Source: a virus (lineage: Duplodnaviria > Caudoviricetes). From it: 50,718 bases of DNA. A program made the translations under genes and the position numbers. Below, piece by piece: positions 1 through 9,899 of this stretch (its first letter is position 1; each line of letters opens with the position of its first letter). The notes beneath the pieces are model-generated. The model had not been told where the DNA came from, did no database searches, and was given only the letters and a program-made list of their open reading frames with translations. The stretch lies in IMG/VR virus record IMGVR_UViG_3300033153_006571, positions 1 through 50,718 of that record; one strand, 5' to 3'.

Positions 1-36
1 AGTTAGTGAAGAAATGGCTTCAAGAGGAATATTGAG
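1..36. repeat. Terminal overlap with 50683-50718 (circular assembly)
   Basis: AGTTAGTGAAGAAATGGCTTCAAGAGGAATATTGAG is present at both ends of the window. Confidence 0.95.
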
Positions 37-958
37 CAGTACTATAACGGCAGATAGGGCAGCTCAGGAAGCTGCTATACTTATACCTCAGTATAGGCAG
101 ATTGCTTTCAATGAATATATGAGTGAAACTGACAGACTAATGGACTATGGCAAGTTTTTGCAGGGTCTAGACCAACAATCATATAACAGAATAGCAGACC
201 AATGGGCTAGGGATTGGAAGCAAAAAGAATTCCAATATCAGCAGGCGCTTAATGAAATTGAAATATCACAGCAAAACATTGATAGAGCATGGGACAGAGT
301 AAATGAATTAGGATATGTGGACAATGAAGCTTCTCAGATACTTGGCGTACCTGCAGGAACACCATCGAGAAGAGCAAGAGAATTCATGGAACAGATAGAA
401 GCAGAAAACAGAGCTGCAGAAAGAGATTTGCAGGATAGAATCGCTCTTGAGAGGGAGCGTTTTCAAAATGAGCTTGATTTGTTCAGGGAAAAGCAGGAGA
501 TTTCGGGAGCTGCAGGAGAAGGTATTGCCGGCTATACTCAAGAAGATGTCAACAGATACAATCAATTACTTGATGCGTACTTGAATCCTCAATTTAGTGC
601 AGTTCAAAGAAGTCCAGAAGAAACATTAAGATACGCATTAAGTCCACAAGGTAGACTAAATGCTTTGAATTACCTCAATGGCAATGAAACGCTATACAAT
701 GAATTGATTAATGAATTGCAACGGAGAATGCCACAGGAGCAAGAAATTACTCCAGAACAAAAACTGAGTGCCATTACAAAAGATTTAGATGAATTAAGTG
801 CAGAAGAAGCGCTTGATGAACTTATACAGCATATTAATGACTATATAACAGAGATAGGTTCAGTTGAATACAACAGACTTGTAAATGCTTATGAGCGCAA
901 ACGTAATAATCCTCCGCTTGAAAAAGAAGAAAAGAAAAAAGAAGAAAAGGAGGAATAA
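14..958 (+). CDS. C-terminal part of a peptidoglycan-binding-domain virion/ejection protein that starts at 50198 and crosses the junction (about 480 aa in total)
   Basis: The ATG at 14 equals the ATG at 50696, which is in frame with ATG 50198 (498 nt apart); helical Q/E-rich sequence. Confidence 0.75.
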   Translation: MASRGILSSTITADRAAQEAAILIPQYRQIAFNEYMSETDRLMDYGKFLQGLDQQSYNRIADQWARDWKQKEFQYQQALNEIEISQQNIDRAWDRVNELGYVDNEASQILGVPAGTPSRRAREFMEQIEAENRAAERDLQDRIALERERFQNELDLFREKQEISGAAGEGIAGYTQEDVNRYNQLLDAYLNPQFSAVQRSPEETLRYALSPQGRLNALNYLNGNETLYNELINELQRRMPQEQEITPEQKLSAITKDLDELSAEEALDELIQHINDYITEIGSVEYNRLVNAYERKRNNPPLEKEEKKKEEKEE

Positions 959-961
959 TGT

Positions 962-3900
962 ATGGCTGAATATTTAACGCCTTTAGAGCGCAGGCGTAGT
1001 AAAAAAATAGAGGTCAAAGAAGAAAAAACCACAATCGAATATTTAACACCATTGGAAAGAAGAAGATTGCAAGAAGAGCAAGAGCCATCTCCTGAACAAG
1101 AGATAACGATTGAGCCAACAAGAGACAGAAGCACATTGCAAAAATTAATAACACCTTTTGAATTCCCTAAAACTATATTTTCATATTTTCAAAGGGAGGC
1201 CGAAAAGCCTATAGAGCAAAAGCAAGAGGAAATGAAAGAATTCGCCAGAACGCCAACAGGAGCTTTCGGTTACGGTTTGACCGGTGGTGTTTCAAAGTTT
1301 TTACTCCCAGGAGAAAGAGGAAGAGAATTATTTGACATAGCAAGGGAGTCACGCCCGGGAGCTTATACCGCTGGCAATATTGCTGGTACCGTAAGTAAAT
1401 ATGCGACCTTATATAATTTGGCAGGTCCAGCAATAGAAAAAGCTGTCTCTCCTATTACAGGGAAGATAGGAAGCGGTTTTTTAAAAGAATTGGCTGTTGA
1501 AGGTGCAAAAGACATTGCTATTGGCGGGCCTTTAGGTATAGCAGATGCATTGTCAGAAGGATTACCTGCAAAAGATATCCCAAAAGAAGCGGCAAAGAAC
1601 TTACTTTTTGATACTGCTGCTAATGCGGCATTTTATGGATTAGGAAAAGGATTAAAGGCATTATCTGAAAATATGAGAAGTCCTAATGCAATAAAGAATA
1701 TGACACAATTAAATGAAGTTTCAAAACCACAATCATTAACGCAAAGAATAAATAATGCTATAAAACAACAAGAAAATGTAATTGATGATTTGACATATCG
1801 AAAATATGAATATGGACTTAATTTTGATGATAGTATTAAAATAGCTAATGATTATTTGGAAATGTTACAGGATTATAAAAAAAGTGCAGATGCATTACCT
1901 TTTGCAAAAAAACATCTTGATACATTAGAAAAAAAACAAATGGATTTGTTTAATAGCGGAAAGTCCCTTACCCCTGAATTTGCAAACATAAGTCAAAATA
2001 TTAGTAAATTAAAAAATAGAATCAATGAATTGGAACTAATAGAAAAGACTATACCAAGCCAATTGACGGGTATAGAACAAATTAATAAAACTGTAATTAA
2101 CGCAGCAGAACAAACAAATAAAAACACTGAATCTTTTATGAAAAAGATTAACTATGACCCGAAAAAGCCTAAAGCAAGCTTTAGGGAAAAGTGGACTAAA
2201 GCACGTGAGCAGTTTATTGACAGATTTGCCGAATTAGAAGAACTTGAAAAAAGAGTCAAAGGCAAAATACCTTCAGCAGAAAAAAGTTTATATAAGCAAG
2301 CCAGGCTTTTTCAAGGTGTTCCTGAAAGGGCAAACAGAATTGTTGATGCTGATTTACGTCCGATTATAAAAAGTGTTGAGGATGCAGGATATAATTACAG
2401 GCAATTGGGAGCATATGCAGAAGCCGTACATGCAAAAGACGTAAACGCAGCAGGACTTCAAAGTGGGTTTACTGATGCAGAAATAGATGATGTTATAAAG
2501 AGTTTTGGTTCGCCTGAAATGGAAGAAGCAAGGAAACAATTAGTAAACTACAATAACAACCTATTGGCAAAACTGGTTGAAACACAAGTGATAAACCCTA
2601 CAGAAGCCACAGCAATGATGAGGAAATGGCCCAATTACATGCCTCTTAGCAGGAGTTTTGATGATGCTAAGGTGGAATTAGGCAAGGGATTAAGACAGTC
2701 ATTCGCAAATATAGGAAAACCGATTAAAAAACTTAAAGGAAGCGAACGTGAAATCGTTGATCCTATCGAGTCTATGGTAAGAAATACTTTTCAGATTGAA
2801 AATGTTGCCGGCAGAAGCAGAGTAGGGCTTGAACTGGGTGAAATTGCAAAGGCAGACGTTGAACATCAATTTGTACGCAGGCTTGAACCGGGAGAAGCAG
2901 TCGGCCGTAAAAATGTAGTAAATATATATGAGTTTGGCGAAAAAGTGCAATATGAAGTTGAGCCCGGCGTATATAAAGCTATGCTTAGCTTAAATTCTGA
3001 AATGTCGCCATTATGGATAAAAGCTTTATCTAAACCTGCAAGCCTCTTGAGAGCAGGAGCTACATTGACAGCCGAATTCGCTATAAGAAACCCTATACGT
3101 GATGTGCTTAATGCTTTTATCGTCAGCAGTTCAGGGTTTACGCCTTTAGATTTTGTGGCCGGACTTGCCAGTTATATAAAAAAAGGAGAGTTATACGATA
3201 AGTTTTTAAGGGCTAATGCTGGGTACGGAAACATTATATCAATGGATAGGACCTTGCATAGAGAGACCCTTGAAAAGATAGTAAAGCAGCCACCTTCAAA
3301 AAAGTTTATAAATGTTTTAAACCCTAAGTCATGGCTTGCGGTAATGAGAAACATAGCAGATGCTACAGAATCAGCTACAAAAATTGGGGAATTCGGAGCA
3401 GCTTTAAGAAAGGGAGCAACAGTTGAAGAAGCTGCATACAGAGCAAGAGACTTGATGGACTTTGCGAGAGCAGGAAGTTCAGTTAAAGAACTTAACAAAG
3501 TTGTGGCTTTCCTCAATGCAAATATTCAAGGCAAAAGCAAATTGATACGTGCCATAAAAGAAGATCCTATAAAGGTTTCAGCTAAACTGTTTAGCACGAT
3601 GACGGCTTCTTCGCTGGGCGCATATGCAGCATATCATTATTTGGCTAACGAAAATCAAAAGGCCACAATTGATGATGCGCCAGATTGGTTAAGAGATACA
3701 TTTTGGTTAATACCTGTGCCTGATACTGATATTGTGGCAAGAATACCTAAACCTTTTGATGTGGCTTTTGTTTCAAACGTAATGGAAAGATTTTTAAGAT
3801 TTGCTTTGAAGGAGGATAAGGACGCATTTGACGGTTTTATAAAGGCTACAGTTAAGGAGCAGTCAATACCTACTATGTTTACAGGGATATTGCCTATTAT

Positions 3901-4507
3901 TGAAGGTCTTACAAATTATTCCTTCTTTAGAGAAACACAAATAATCCCTCAAAGAGAGCAATATTACCCTAGGCGTTTTCAGGCAGATGTATACACATCA
4001 GAAGCAGCAAAAGCAGCAGCCGGATTGGTAGAAAAAACTTTTGGAGAAGAAACGCCGTTCTCATCACCGAGAATAATGGAAAACACAATACTTGGTTTGA
4101 CAGGAGGCTTGGGTAGATATGGGCTAAATGCGATAGATATTATTCTTGGGGATATGGATAAACCTTCTCTTAATGTATCGCAGTACCCTCTTTTACGTGC
4201 ATTTACCGTTAACGAGACTGCGACTGGTAGGTCAATGGACTTTGTTTATAGTGAAATGGATAGACTAAGAAGGTTAAAAAATGAAGCGAAGCTAACAAAA
4301 AGCAGATTTCTAGAGACAGCCCAGTATAATTACTTGAACAATATAACAAACAAAGTGGGAGAGTTGTCAAAGAGAATACGGCAAATTCAAGAAAGTAAAA
4401 TTTATTCAAAGGATGCCAAAAGGGATAAAATCAATAAGTTGAAAGCCGAAAGAAATGAACTAGTAAGAAAGGCTGAAAAGACATATAAGGATAAATGGAT
4501 TGATTAA
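962..4507 (+). CDS. Large internal virion/ejection protein with an LPD38-like C-terminal domain
   Basis: 1181 aa; DFARAG...FLNANIQG...RIPKPFD motifs resemble LPD38; lies after the podovirus-like tail genes on the circle. Confidence 0.65.
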   Translation: MAEYLTPLERRRSKKIEVKEEKTTIEYLTPLERRRLQEEQEPSPEQEITIEPTRDRSTLQKLITPFEFPKTIFSYFQREAEKPIEQKQEEMKEFARTPTGAFGYGLTGGVSKFLLPGERGRELFDIARESRPGAYTAGNIAGTVSKYATLYNLAGPAIEKAVSPITGKIGSGFLKELAVEGAKDIAIGGPLGIADALSEGLPAKDIPKEAAKNLLFDTAANAAFYGLGKGLKALSENMRSPNAIKNMTQLNEVSKPQSLTQRINNAIKQQENVIDDLTYRKYEYGLNFDDSIKIANDYLEMLQDYKKSADALPFAKKHLDTLEKKQMDLFNSGKSLTPEFANISQNISKLKNRINELELIEKTIPSQLTGIEQINKTVINAAEQTNKNTESFMKKINYDPKKPKASFREKWTKAREQFIDRFAELEELEKRVKGKIPSAEKSLYKQARLFQGVPERANRIVDADLRPIIKSVEDAGYNYRQLGAYAEAVHAKDVNAAGLQSGFTDAEIDDVIKSFGSPEMEEARKQLVNYNNNLLAKLVETQVINPTEATAMMRKWPNYMPLSRSFDDAKVELGKGLRQSFANIGKPIKKLKGSEREIVDPIESMVRNTFQIENVAGRSRVGLELGEIAKADVEHQFVRRLEPGEAVGRKNVVNIYEFGEKVQYEVEPGVYKAMLSLNSEMSPLWIKALSKPASLLRAGATLTAEFAIRNPIRDVLNAFIVSSSGFTPLDFVAGLASYIKKGELYDKFLRANAGYGNIISMDRTLHRETLEKIVKQPPSKKFINVLNPKSWLAVMRNIADATESATKIGEFGAALRKGATVEEAAYRARDLMDFARAGSSVKELNKVVAFLNANIQGKSKLIRAIKEDPIKVSAKLFSTMTASSLGAYAAYHYLANENQKATIDDAPDWLRDTFWLIPVPDTDIVARIPKPFDVAFVSNVMERFLRFALKEDKDAFDGFIKATVKEQSIPTMFTGILPIIEGLTNYSFFRETQIIPQREQYYPRRFQADVYTSEAAKAAAGLVEKTFGEETPFSSPRIMENTILGLTGGLGRYGLNAIDIILGDMDKPSLNVSQYPLLRAFTVNETATGRSMDFVYSEMDRLRRLKNEAKLTKSRFLETAQYNYLNNITNKVGELSKRIRQIQESKIYSKDAKRDKINKLKAERNELVRKAEKTYKDKWID

Positions 4508-4528
4508 TTTTGTATAGGCGGTGATTAA

Positions 4529-5245
4529 ATGAGCACTGTTTTTGTCGACAGGATAATAAGTGAGTTGGAGGATAAAAATTATAGAAGTGCCATAAATCGT
4601 AACGTAAGGAATTTAGTCGCTAAAGGTACAGTCGGAACAACAGAAATAACAATATGGGAAAGAGCCGAAAATTATACGTATTTATCGAGTGCTGCAACCA
4701 TAAGCATTCAATCTGATGATGAAAATGATACAATTGAAGGAACGGGAGCTAGGACTCTGACTGTGTTCGGTCTAAACGGAAGCTATGCAGAATTCGCAAC
4801 GACCATTAACATGGACGGCACTAATGCAGTTGAAATACCCAATGTATTAAGAATTTTCAATATGCGAGTAAGGACAGCGGGAACTGGCTGCAAAAACGCT
4901 GGTGTAATAACTGCCACATATGGCGGTACAATATATGCACAAATGAATGCCGGGAGAAACAGAACCTACATGGGTATTTATACTATACCTGCAGGAAGGA
5001 CGGGTTATTCACAGTTTTTCTATGTTAGTACTGCAGCGGGAAAAGACTGCACAGTTTGTGTCAATACTAGACGGTTTGGTGAAGTTTTTGTTTGCGACAT
5101 AGATATGCCGTCTTATGAGGATTTAAGGATATTTCACACGCCTGCACCTACCCCAATTGGGGAAAGAACAGACATAAAACTTTCGGCAGCAAGTTCTTTG
5201 TCAAGTGTTGATATAACAGCCGGTATGCAAATAATATTAAAATGA
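4529..5245 (+). CDS. Putative beta-rich virion structural protein
   Basis: 238 aa, T/G-rich; GGCGGTGA RBS; between ejection and lysis genes. Confidence 0.45.
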   Translation: MSTVFVDRIISELEDKNYRSAINRNVRNLVAKGTVGTTEITIWERAENYTYLSSAATISIQSDDENDTIEGTGARTLTVFGLNGSYAEFATTINMDGTNAVEIPNVLRIFNMRVRTAGTGCKNAGVITATYGGTIYAQMNAGRNRTYMGIYTIPAGRTGYSQFFYVSTAAGKDCTVCVNTRRFGEVFVCDIDMPSYEDLRIFHTPAPTPIGERTDIKLSAASSLSSVDITAGMQIILK

Positions 5246-5258
5246 AAGGAGTAAAATT

Positions 5259-5465
5259 ATGCAGCTATCAACAGAGTTTTGGATTCAGATTGTAGTCTAT
5301 AGTATCAGTATGGGGAGTCTGGCAGGTGCATTGCTCACCAAGCTGAGGTACCTTGAGAAAAAGCAGGACAAACACAATAACCTGATTGAAAGAATGGTTA
5401 TTGTAGAACAGTCAACTAAGTCAGCGCATCACAGGCTTGACGAGATAAGAGGAGGATTGAAATGA
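5259..5465 (+). CDS. Holin-like (XhlA-type) membrane protein
   Basis: One N-terminal hydrophobic segment plus a KSAHHRLDE coiled tail; directly upstream of the amidase. Confidence 0.6.
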   Translation: MQLSTEFWIQIVVYSISMGSLAGALLTKLRYLEKKQDKHNNLIERMVIVEQSTKSAHHRLDEIRGGLK

Positions 5466-6100
5466 AAAAAATATTTATAGATATTGGACATGGCGGCAAG
5501 GAACCGGGAGCTTTAGCAGTTGATGGAACAGAAGAAAAATGGATAAATTTAAAGGTTGGCAAATATTTAATTCCTTTTTTGCGCCAGTTTTTTGAAGTAA
5601 AGGCTTCACGGGAAACTGATAAATACTTGTCTTTAAGAGAACGTGCGGACATGGCTAATGAATGGGGCGCAGATGTATTTATATCAATTCATCATAATGC
5701 ATCTTTAAGTCAGGCAAAAGGGGCGGAATTAATTCATACCATATGGACAGACAAAAGCCAGGGTGATGAAATTGCTGAAATGATAGCAGAGGAATTTAAA
5801 GCTATCGGGCAAAACATAAGAAGAATATTTTCTAAAGAAAACAGCACAGGTGAAGATTGGTATGGGGTTGTGAGGTACACAAAAATGCCAGCCATAATAA
5901 CTGAATTTGCTTTTATTGACAATCCGGAAGACTACAAAAAAATTGATGAACCTGCAGATTGCGAAGCTGAGGCAAAAGCCATATATAAAGCTTTATGCAA
6001 ATATTATGATATTAAAATTCCTTTGACGGACTGGGAATTGGAATATAAAAATCTATTAAAAAATTTAAAGGAGCTGATTAGTTATGCAGAACAGGCTTAA
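5462..6100 (+). CDS. Endolysin, N-acetylmuramoyl-L-alanine amidase (Amidase_3)
   Basis: IDIGHGGKEPGA, E, FISIHHNA and ITEFAFIDN motifs. Confidence 0.92.
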   Translation: MKKIFIDIGHGGKEPGALAVDGTEEKWINLKVGKYLIPFLRQFFEVKASRETDKYLSLRERADMANEWGADVFISIHHNASLSQAKGAELIHTIWTDKSQGDEIAEMIAEEFKAIGQNIRRIFSKENSTGEDWYGVVRYTKMPAIITEFAFIDNPEDYKKIDEPADCEAEAKAIYKALCKYYDIKIPLTDWELEYKNLLKNLKELISYAEQA

Positions 6101-6263
6101 AAGCAAAGTGGTGTGGATGTCAGTGTTGGCGCAAATCTTATTGATTATCGGCTTATGCTTGCCCGACATTGCCAATGAGGTTAAGGTAATTGCAACTGCT
6201 GTCATAGAAATTTTGACACTGTTTGGGATTTTAAACAATCCTACTAACCCGACAAAGTTTTAA
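6084..6263 (+). CDS. Phage holin (59 aa, not in ORF track)
   Basis: MQNRLKSKVVWMSVLAQILLIIGL...ILTLFGILNNPT: two hydrophobic segments and the GILNNPT motif; AAGGAG RBS. Confidence 0.8.
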   Translation: MQNRLKSKVVWMSVLAQILLIIGLCLPDIANEVKVIATAVIEILTLFGILNNPTNPTKF

Positions 6264-6277
6264 GATAGCTTTACAGC

Positions 6278-6309
6278 AAAAAGCCCCGACTATATATCGG
6301 GGCCTTTTT
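6278..6309. terminator. Bidirectional intrinsic terminator
   Basis: AAAAA-GCCCCGA-loop-TCGGGGC-CTTTTT between convergent lysis and integrase genes. Confidence 0.85.
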
Positions 6310-6321
6310 ATTTATATATTC

Positions 6322-6371
6322 AGCATTCCAAATTAATTAATAGCAAGGACTATTGTTATTTTAGGTATGCT
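6322..6371. other. Candidate attP site
   Basis: Imperfect 22-bp inverted arms (15/22 matches by eye) around CAAGGA, abutting the integrase stop codon. Confidence 0.55.
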
Positions 6372-7767
6372 ATACGTAAAACACAATATCTGTGTGCGTT
6401 TCAAAGACTGTAATTTTTTCAACCACTTCCATTAAAGCCTCTTTTTTTTGCTTCGGAGTGTTTGCCGCTTGGTATTGTTCCCACATATTTTTTATTTTGT
6501 TTTTTAACTTTTCTCGGTTCAACTTGCTTTTATTTTTGTCGTCCTTTACTTCTTCAAACTCTATGATTTTAAGATCAGTTTCAAGTTTTTCTTTAACTTT
6601 TTTGTACTCATCAAGACTAAAAACTTCTGCTAAATAGGCTTGTTTTGCACGTTCAAGTTCGGATAGTATCTTGTTTTTTCTATCAGAAAGATAGTCATTG
6701 ATGTTTACAGGCTTTAATTCGTTAATATTAATATGAGTCGGCATTTCCTTAAGTATGCCCTTGAGTTCGTTTATTACCTGTTTTTCAATGAGCTTGTATT
6801 GATACAGTTTTGAAAATCTACATTCTTTTTTATTATATCTAGCAAGCCTGCAAGTATAATAAAAATACTCTTTGCTTCCCTTCCCTCCGTTAGAACGCAT
6901 TTTTGATATACGCATAGGCGACCCGCAGTTGCCGCAATAAAGCAAACCCAATAAAAGAAATTGATTATAGTATATATGCCTTCTCGGACGTGGGCCAGCA
7001 CTTTGCCATTGTGTTTGTGCCTTTATGAATAATTCTTTGTCTATTATTGCAGGGAACACGTCAGGATAAATTTTTTTGCCCCATTTTAAATTTCCTATAT
7101 ATGTCGAATTTCTTAAAATATAAGTAATTTGACTGCTGTTCCATATCCCTATGCCTGTATATGTTGGCACATTATTATCATTCAGCCAGTTTGCTATCTT
7201 GGTAGTACCTTCTCCGCAAATGTACATGTTATAAATTTTCTGCACAATTGCAGCTTGACTTTTAACAACTTCTACTTTGCCACCTTTATTCTTATACCCA
7301 TACGCAACACGATTTAAAGCATAGCCCTGAGAAGCTTTTTCTTTTTGACCTTTTTTAACTTCTGCGGATAAATTTCTTATATAATACTCTCCTAAAAGTT
7401 CCAGCATTCCTTCCTGAAAAAATCCTATAGGAGAATCTTCTATCGGCTCAGTTATGCTTATAACATTAATATTTGCCTTTCTGAGCTGGTTTTTTATTCT
7501 CTGAGACAATTCTACCTTCCTTGCGAATCTATCGAATTTATGCACAAGAATGGCGTTAAAAGAACTCCTTTTTGCGTCGGATAACATTCTTTGAAATTCG
7601 GGCCTATCCTCTTTGGCTCCCGAAATTCCTTCGTCAATGTATTCATCATATATGGCTATTCTGTTTTGTTTACAATATTGTCGTAAAGCTTTAAGCTGCG
7701 CCGGAATGGAAAAACCTTCCCTGCTCTGCTCTTCGGTTGATACTCTTATATATATAGCCGCTTTCAT
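6370..7767 (-). CDS. Large serine recombinase (phage integrase)
   Basis: YIRVSTEEQ catalytic motif, DRFAR, recombinase domain, CGNCG...C...C zinc ribbon and coiled coil. Confidence 0.95.
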   Translation of the reverse strand: MKAAIYIRVSTEEQSREGFSIPAQLKALRQYCKQNRIAIYDEYIDEGISGAKEDRPEFQRMLSDAKRSSFNAILVHKFDRFARKVELSQRIKNQLRKANINVISITEPIEDSPIGFFQEGMLELLGEYYIRNLSAEVKKGQKEKASQGYALNRVAYGYKNKGGKVEVVKSQAAIVQKIYNMYICGEGTTKIANWLNDNNVPTYTGIGIWNSSQITYILRNSTYIGNLKWGKKIYPDVFPAIIDKELFIKAQTQWQSAGPRPRRHIYYNQFLLLGLLYCGNCGSPMRISKMRSNGGKGSKEYFYYTCRLARYNKKECRFSKLYQYKLIEKQVINELKGILKEMPTHININELKPVNINDYLSDRKNKILSELERAKQAYLAEVFSLDEYKKVKEKLETDLKIIEFEEVKDDKNKSKLNREKLKNKIKNMWEQYQAANTPKQKKEALMEVVEKITVFETHTDIVFYV

Positions 7768-7813
7768 TTTGCCTCATGCCTCCGTATTCCTAAAATTCAA
7801 ATATATAACATTG

Positions 7814-8188
7814 TTAAGCATTTTTTAAAATTCTTCTCGTAGCAGTTACTTCATTGTAAGCTTTATCCTTTAAAACAAGTGCGTTAGCCATGTCAATAAG
7901 TATGTCTACGTTTGCATTAGATAAATTCATTGCTATATCCGCAAGTCGCTTTACTTTACTTGTATACTTTTCTTCTGTTTCTCCTATAAGTTCAGACACT
8001 GTCATGTTGAGCGCTTTGGCTACTTTGATAACAAAGTCTAATGCAGGGCTTTTGGATTTGCCTTTTTTAACATCATTTATTGTGTTTTGAGGTATGCCTG
8101 TAATTTTTGCCAACTTATATCCTGAAACACCTTTAGCTTCGAGCACTTCTTTAAGTCTGTCACCAAATAACCTATTTTCATTAAACAA
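7814..8188 (-). CDS. CI-like XRE/HTH repressor
   Basis: N-terminal HTH_3 (YKLAKITGIPQNTINDVKKGK); co-oriented with the integrase. Confidence 0.85.
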   Translation of the reverse strand: MFNENRLFGDRLKEVLEAKGVSGYKLAKITGIPQNTINDVKKGKSKSPALDFVIKVAKALNMTVSELIGETEEKYTSKVKRLADIAMNLSNANVDILIDMANALVLKDKAYNEVTATRRILKNA

Positions 8189-8226
8189 AATTCCACCTCC
8201 GTGTAATATAACGAAATACCGTATAT

Positions 8227-8354
8227 ATGATAATGGAGATACTACGTAATGTCAAGATAATTAAAGAAAAAACAATGATAAATGAGATAATTTATTACAA
8301 TGCACCGAAATAACAGTTTAAAAATTTTACATTAAACTGGAATTCCGGTATAAT
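8227..8354. promoter_or_regulatory. Divergent lysis/lysogeny promoters with operator-like palindromes
   Basis: Leftward TTGACA-17-TATCAT (8255 to 8227); rightward TTTACA-17-TATAAT (8326-8354) with ACTGGAATTCCGGT across the spacer; related ACCGAAATAACAGT at 8304. Confidence 0.7.
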
Positions 8355-8378
8355 GTAAAACAAGGGAGGAGATAAACT

Positions 8379-9029
8379 ATGGAAAAGCTAGTATTCTTAG
8401 AGCCTGATGACGTTCAGGAGGTACCATTTACCACATCAGAAGTTATTGCGGAGCATGGAAAGGTTGCTCATGATACTGTACAAAGATTGATAAGAAATTA
8501 TCGAAAGGACATTGAGGAATTTGGAATAATCGGATTTGAAATCCGTAAAACAAAATCTGGAAGAGGAAGACCTGAAAAAATATATCGTCTGAATGAAGAA
8601 CAGGCAACACTACTCATAACTTATATGCAAAATACATTACCTGTCCGCAAGTTTAAAAAGGCACTTGTCAAACAATTCTATATCATGCAAAAGGAATTAA
8701 CATCAAGGAAAGTTACCCGGGAAATAGGAAAGGAAGCACGGGAAGCCTTGACAAATGCAATTCAAGCATTACCCGAAAGTCCTCACAAGTCTATGAAATA
8801 TAAGCATTATACTGACTTGGCGTATAAAGTAGTGTTCGGCAAGAACGCAAAACAGCTTAGAGAGGAATACGGGCTTGGAAAGAATGACAACTTACGTAAT
8901 AGATTTTCCGCTTCTGAACTTGATAAGGTGCTGAAAGTTGAAAGACAGATAAGCGTACTCATTGAACTTGGGTACAGCTATCATGATATAAAGGCAGAGA
9001 TAAGCAGGAAGTATTTAATTTCTGCATAA
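8379..9029 (+). CDS. rha: Rha family phage regulatory protein
   Basis: TTSEVIAE, HDTVQRLIR, YRLNEEQATLL and FKKALVKQF motifs. Confidence 0.85.
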   Translation: MEKLVFLEPDDVQEVPFTTSEVIAEHGKVAHDTVQRLIRNYRKDIEEFGIIGFEIRKTKSGRGRPEKIYRLNEEQATLLITYMQNTLPVRKFKKALVKQFYIMQKELTSRKVTREIGKEAREALTNAIQALPESPHKSMKYKHYTDLAYKVVFGKNAKQLREEYGLGKNDNLRNRFSASELDKVLKVERQISVLIELGYSYHDIKAEISRKYLISA

Positions 9030-9062
9030 GACGGAGGGCACTGTTAAAAGTACCCTCCCGTC
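9030..9062. terminator. Hairpin between convergent rha and a small ORF
   Basis: GACGGAGGGCAC...GTACCCTCCCGTC imperfect stem. Confidence 0.55.
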
Positions 9063-9180
9063 ATTCAGGTGTCGAACGTCTGTGGCGCCGAACTTTTTTG
9101 CCATTGGCTTTACGGTAGCCTTTGACAACAACGATTTTTTTACGTTGCTTGCCGCTCACAGATGTTTTAGTTTTAGCCAT
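9061..9180 (-). CDS. Small very basic protein (39 aa, not in ORF track)
   Basis: MAKTKTSVSGKQRKKIVVVKGYRKANGKKVRRHRRSTPE; GGAGGTGA RBS; upstream TTGACA-17-TATACT promoter (9258 to 9230). Confidence 0.7.
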   Translation of the reverse strand: MAKTKTSVSGKQRKKIVVVKGYRKANGKKVRRHRRSTPE

Positions 9181-9272
9181 GTTATCACCTCCGTGCCATC
9201 AGGAGACACATGGCGCTGCACCTGACAATAGTATAACGGAAATACAATAATATGTCAAGGAGGCATGAAAAT

Positions 9273-9467
9273 ATGTTGGTCGGAGAGAAAATCAAGAAAT
9301 TAAGAGAGCTAAAGGAAATATCAAGATATAGGCTAAGCAAAGACACCGGAATCCCATATACAACATTAACGGATATCGAAAGTGGGAAAGTCAAGACTAT
9401 CAATAATGTTAATTTAAAGCTTGTATCGAATGCTTTGGGCATACCTGTATCAGAATTATTAGATTAG
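9273..9467 (+). CDS. Cro-like HTH regulator
   Basis: HTH_3 YRLSKDTGIPYTTLTDIESGK; AGGAGG RBS favours ATG 9273. Confidence 0.85.
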   Translation: MLVGEKIKKLRELKEISRYRLSKDTGIPYTTLTDIESGKVKTINNVNLKLVSNALGIPVSELLD

Positions 9468-9532
9468 GCAAGATGGGATTGGCATGTTTGTAAAGAAGTT
9501 TCATTAGATGAAGTTGATTGGAGGTGAATGCC

Positions 9533-9643
9533 ATGAACAAACTACCACCATTCAGATTCAAGATTAAGGGACAGGAAGGTTACAAAACAAAAGAGGAAAT
9601 TATTGCAGCTATAAAGGCCAAAAGGGAGCGTGATAAAAAGTAA
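9533..9643 (+). CDS. Small hypothetical protein (36 aa)
   Basis: GGAGGTGA RBS; MNKLPPFRFKIKGQEGYKTKEEIIAAIKAKRERDKK. Confidence 0.5.
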   Translation: MNKLPPFRFKIKGQEGYKTKEEIIAAIKAKRERDKK

Positions 9644-9690
9644 ATTGTTATGACGCTTGGGCATATAAGCTATATTCGTGAAGGTCTTGA

Positions 9691-9880
9691 AAGCTAACCA
9701 AAAGTCATGAGAGTACCATGATTTGAGAGTGAGCCATTGTATTAGAACGTAACAAAGAGTTGGAGTGAGCCATCGTTCTTGAGAGTACCACGCAAGCTGA
9801 GTGAATCATTGCACCCGAGAGTGCCAAGTGTCTAGAGTGAACCATATAACAAAGGAATACCATATGCCAGAAGCCAAATA
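9691..9880 (+). ncRNA. TIGR-like dual-repeat guide array, 5 x 36-nt units (upstream)
   Basis: Alternating GAGTGA(G/A)CCA-type and GAGAGTACCA-type 10-mers every 18 nt with unique 8-nt spacers; adjacent to a Nop-like gene. Confidence 0.85.
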
Positions 9881-9899
9881 AAAAAACAGGAGGTATATC

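Noticed and set aside
9809-9834. Unit 4 spacers resembling the promoter at 24764-24787 (TAGACA...TTGCCACCC)
   Set aside because: The match needs mismatches, an indel and a gap; expected by chance for 8-mers in 50 kb.
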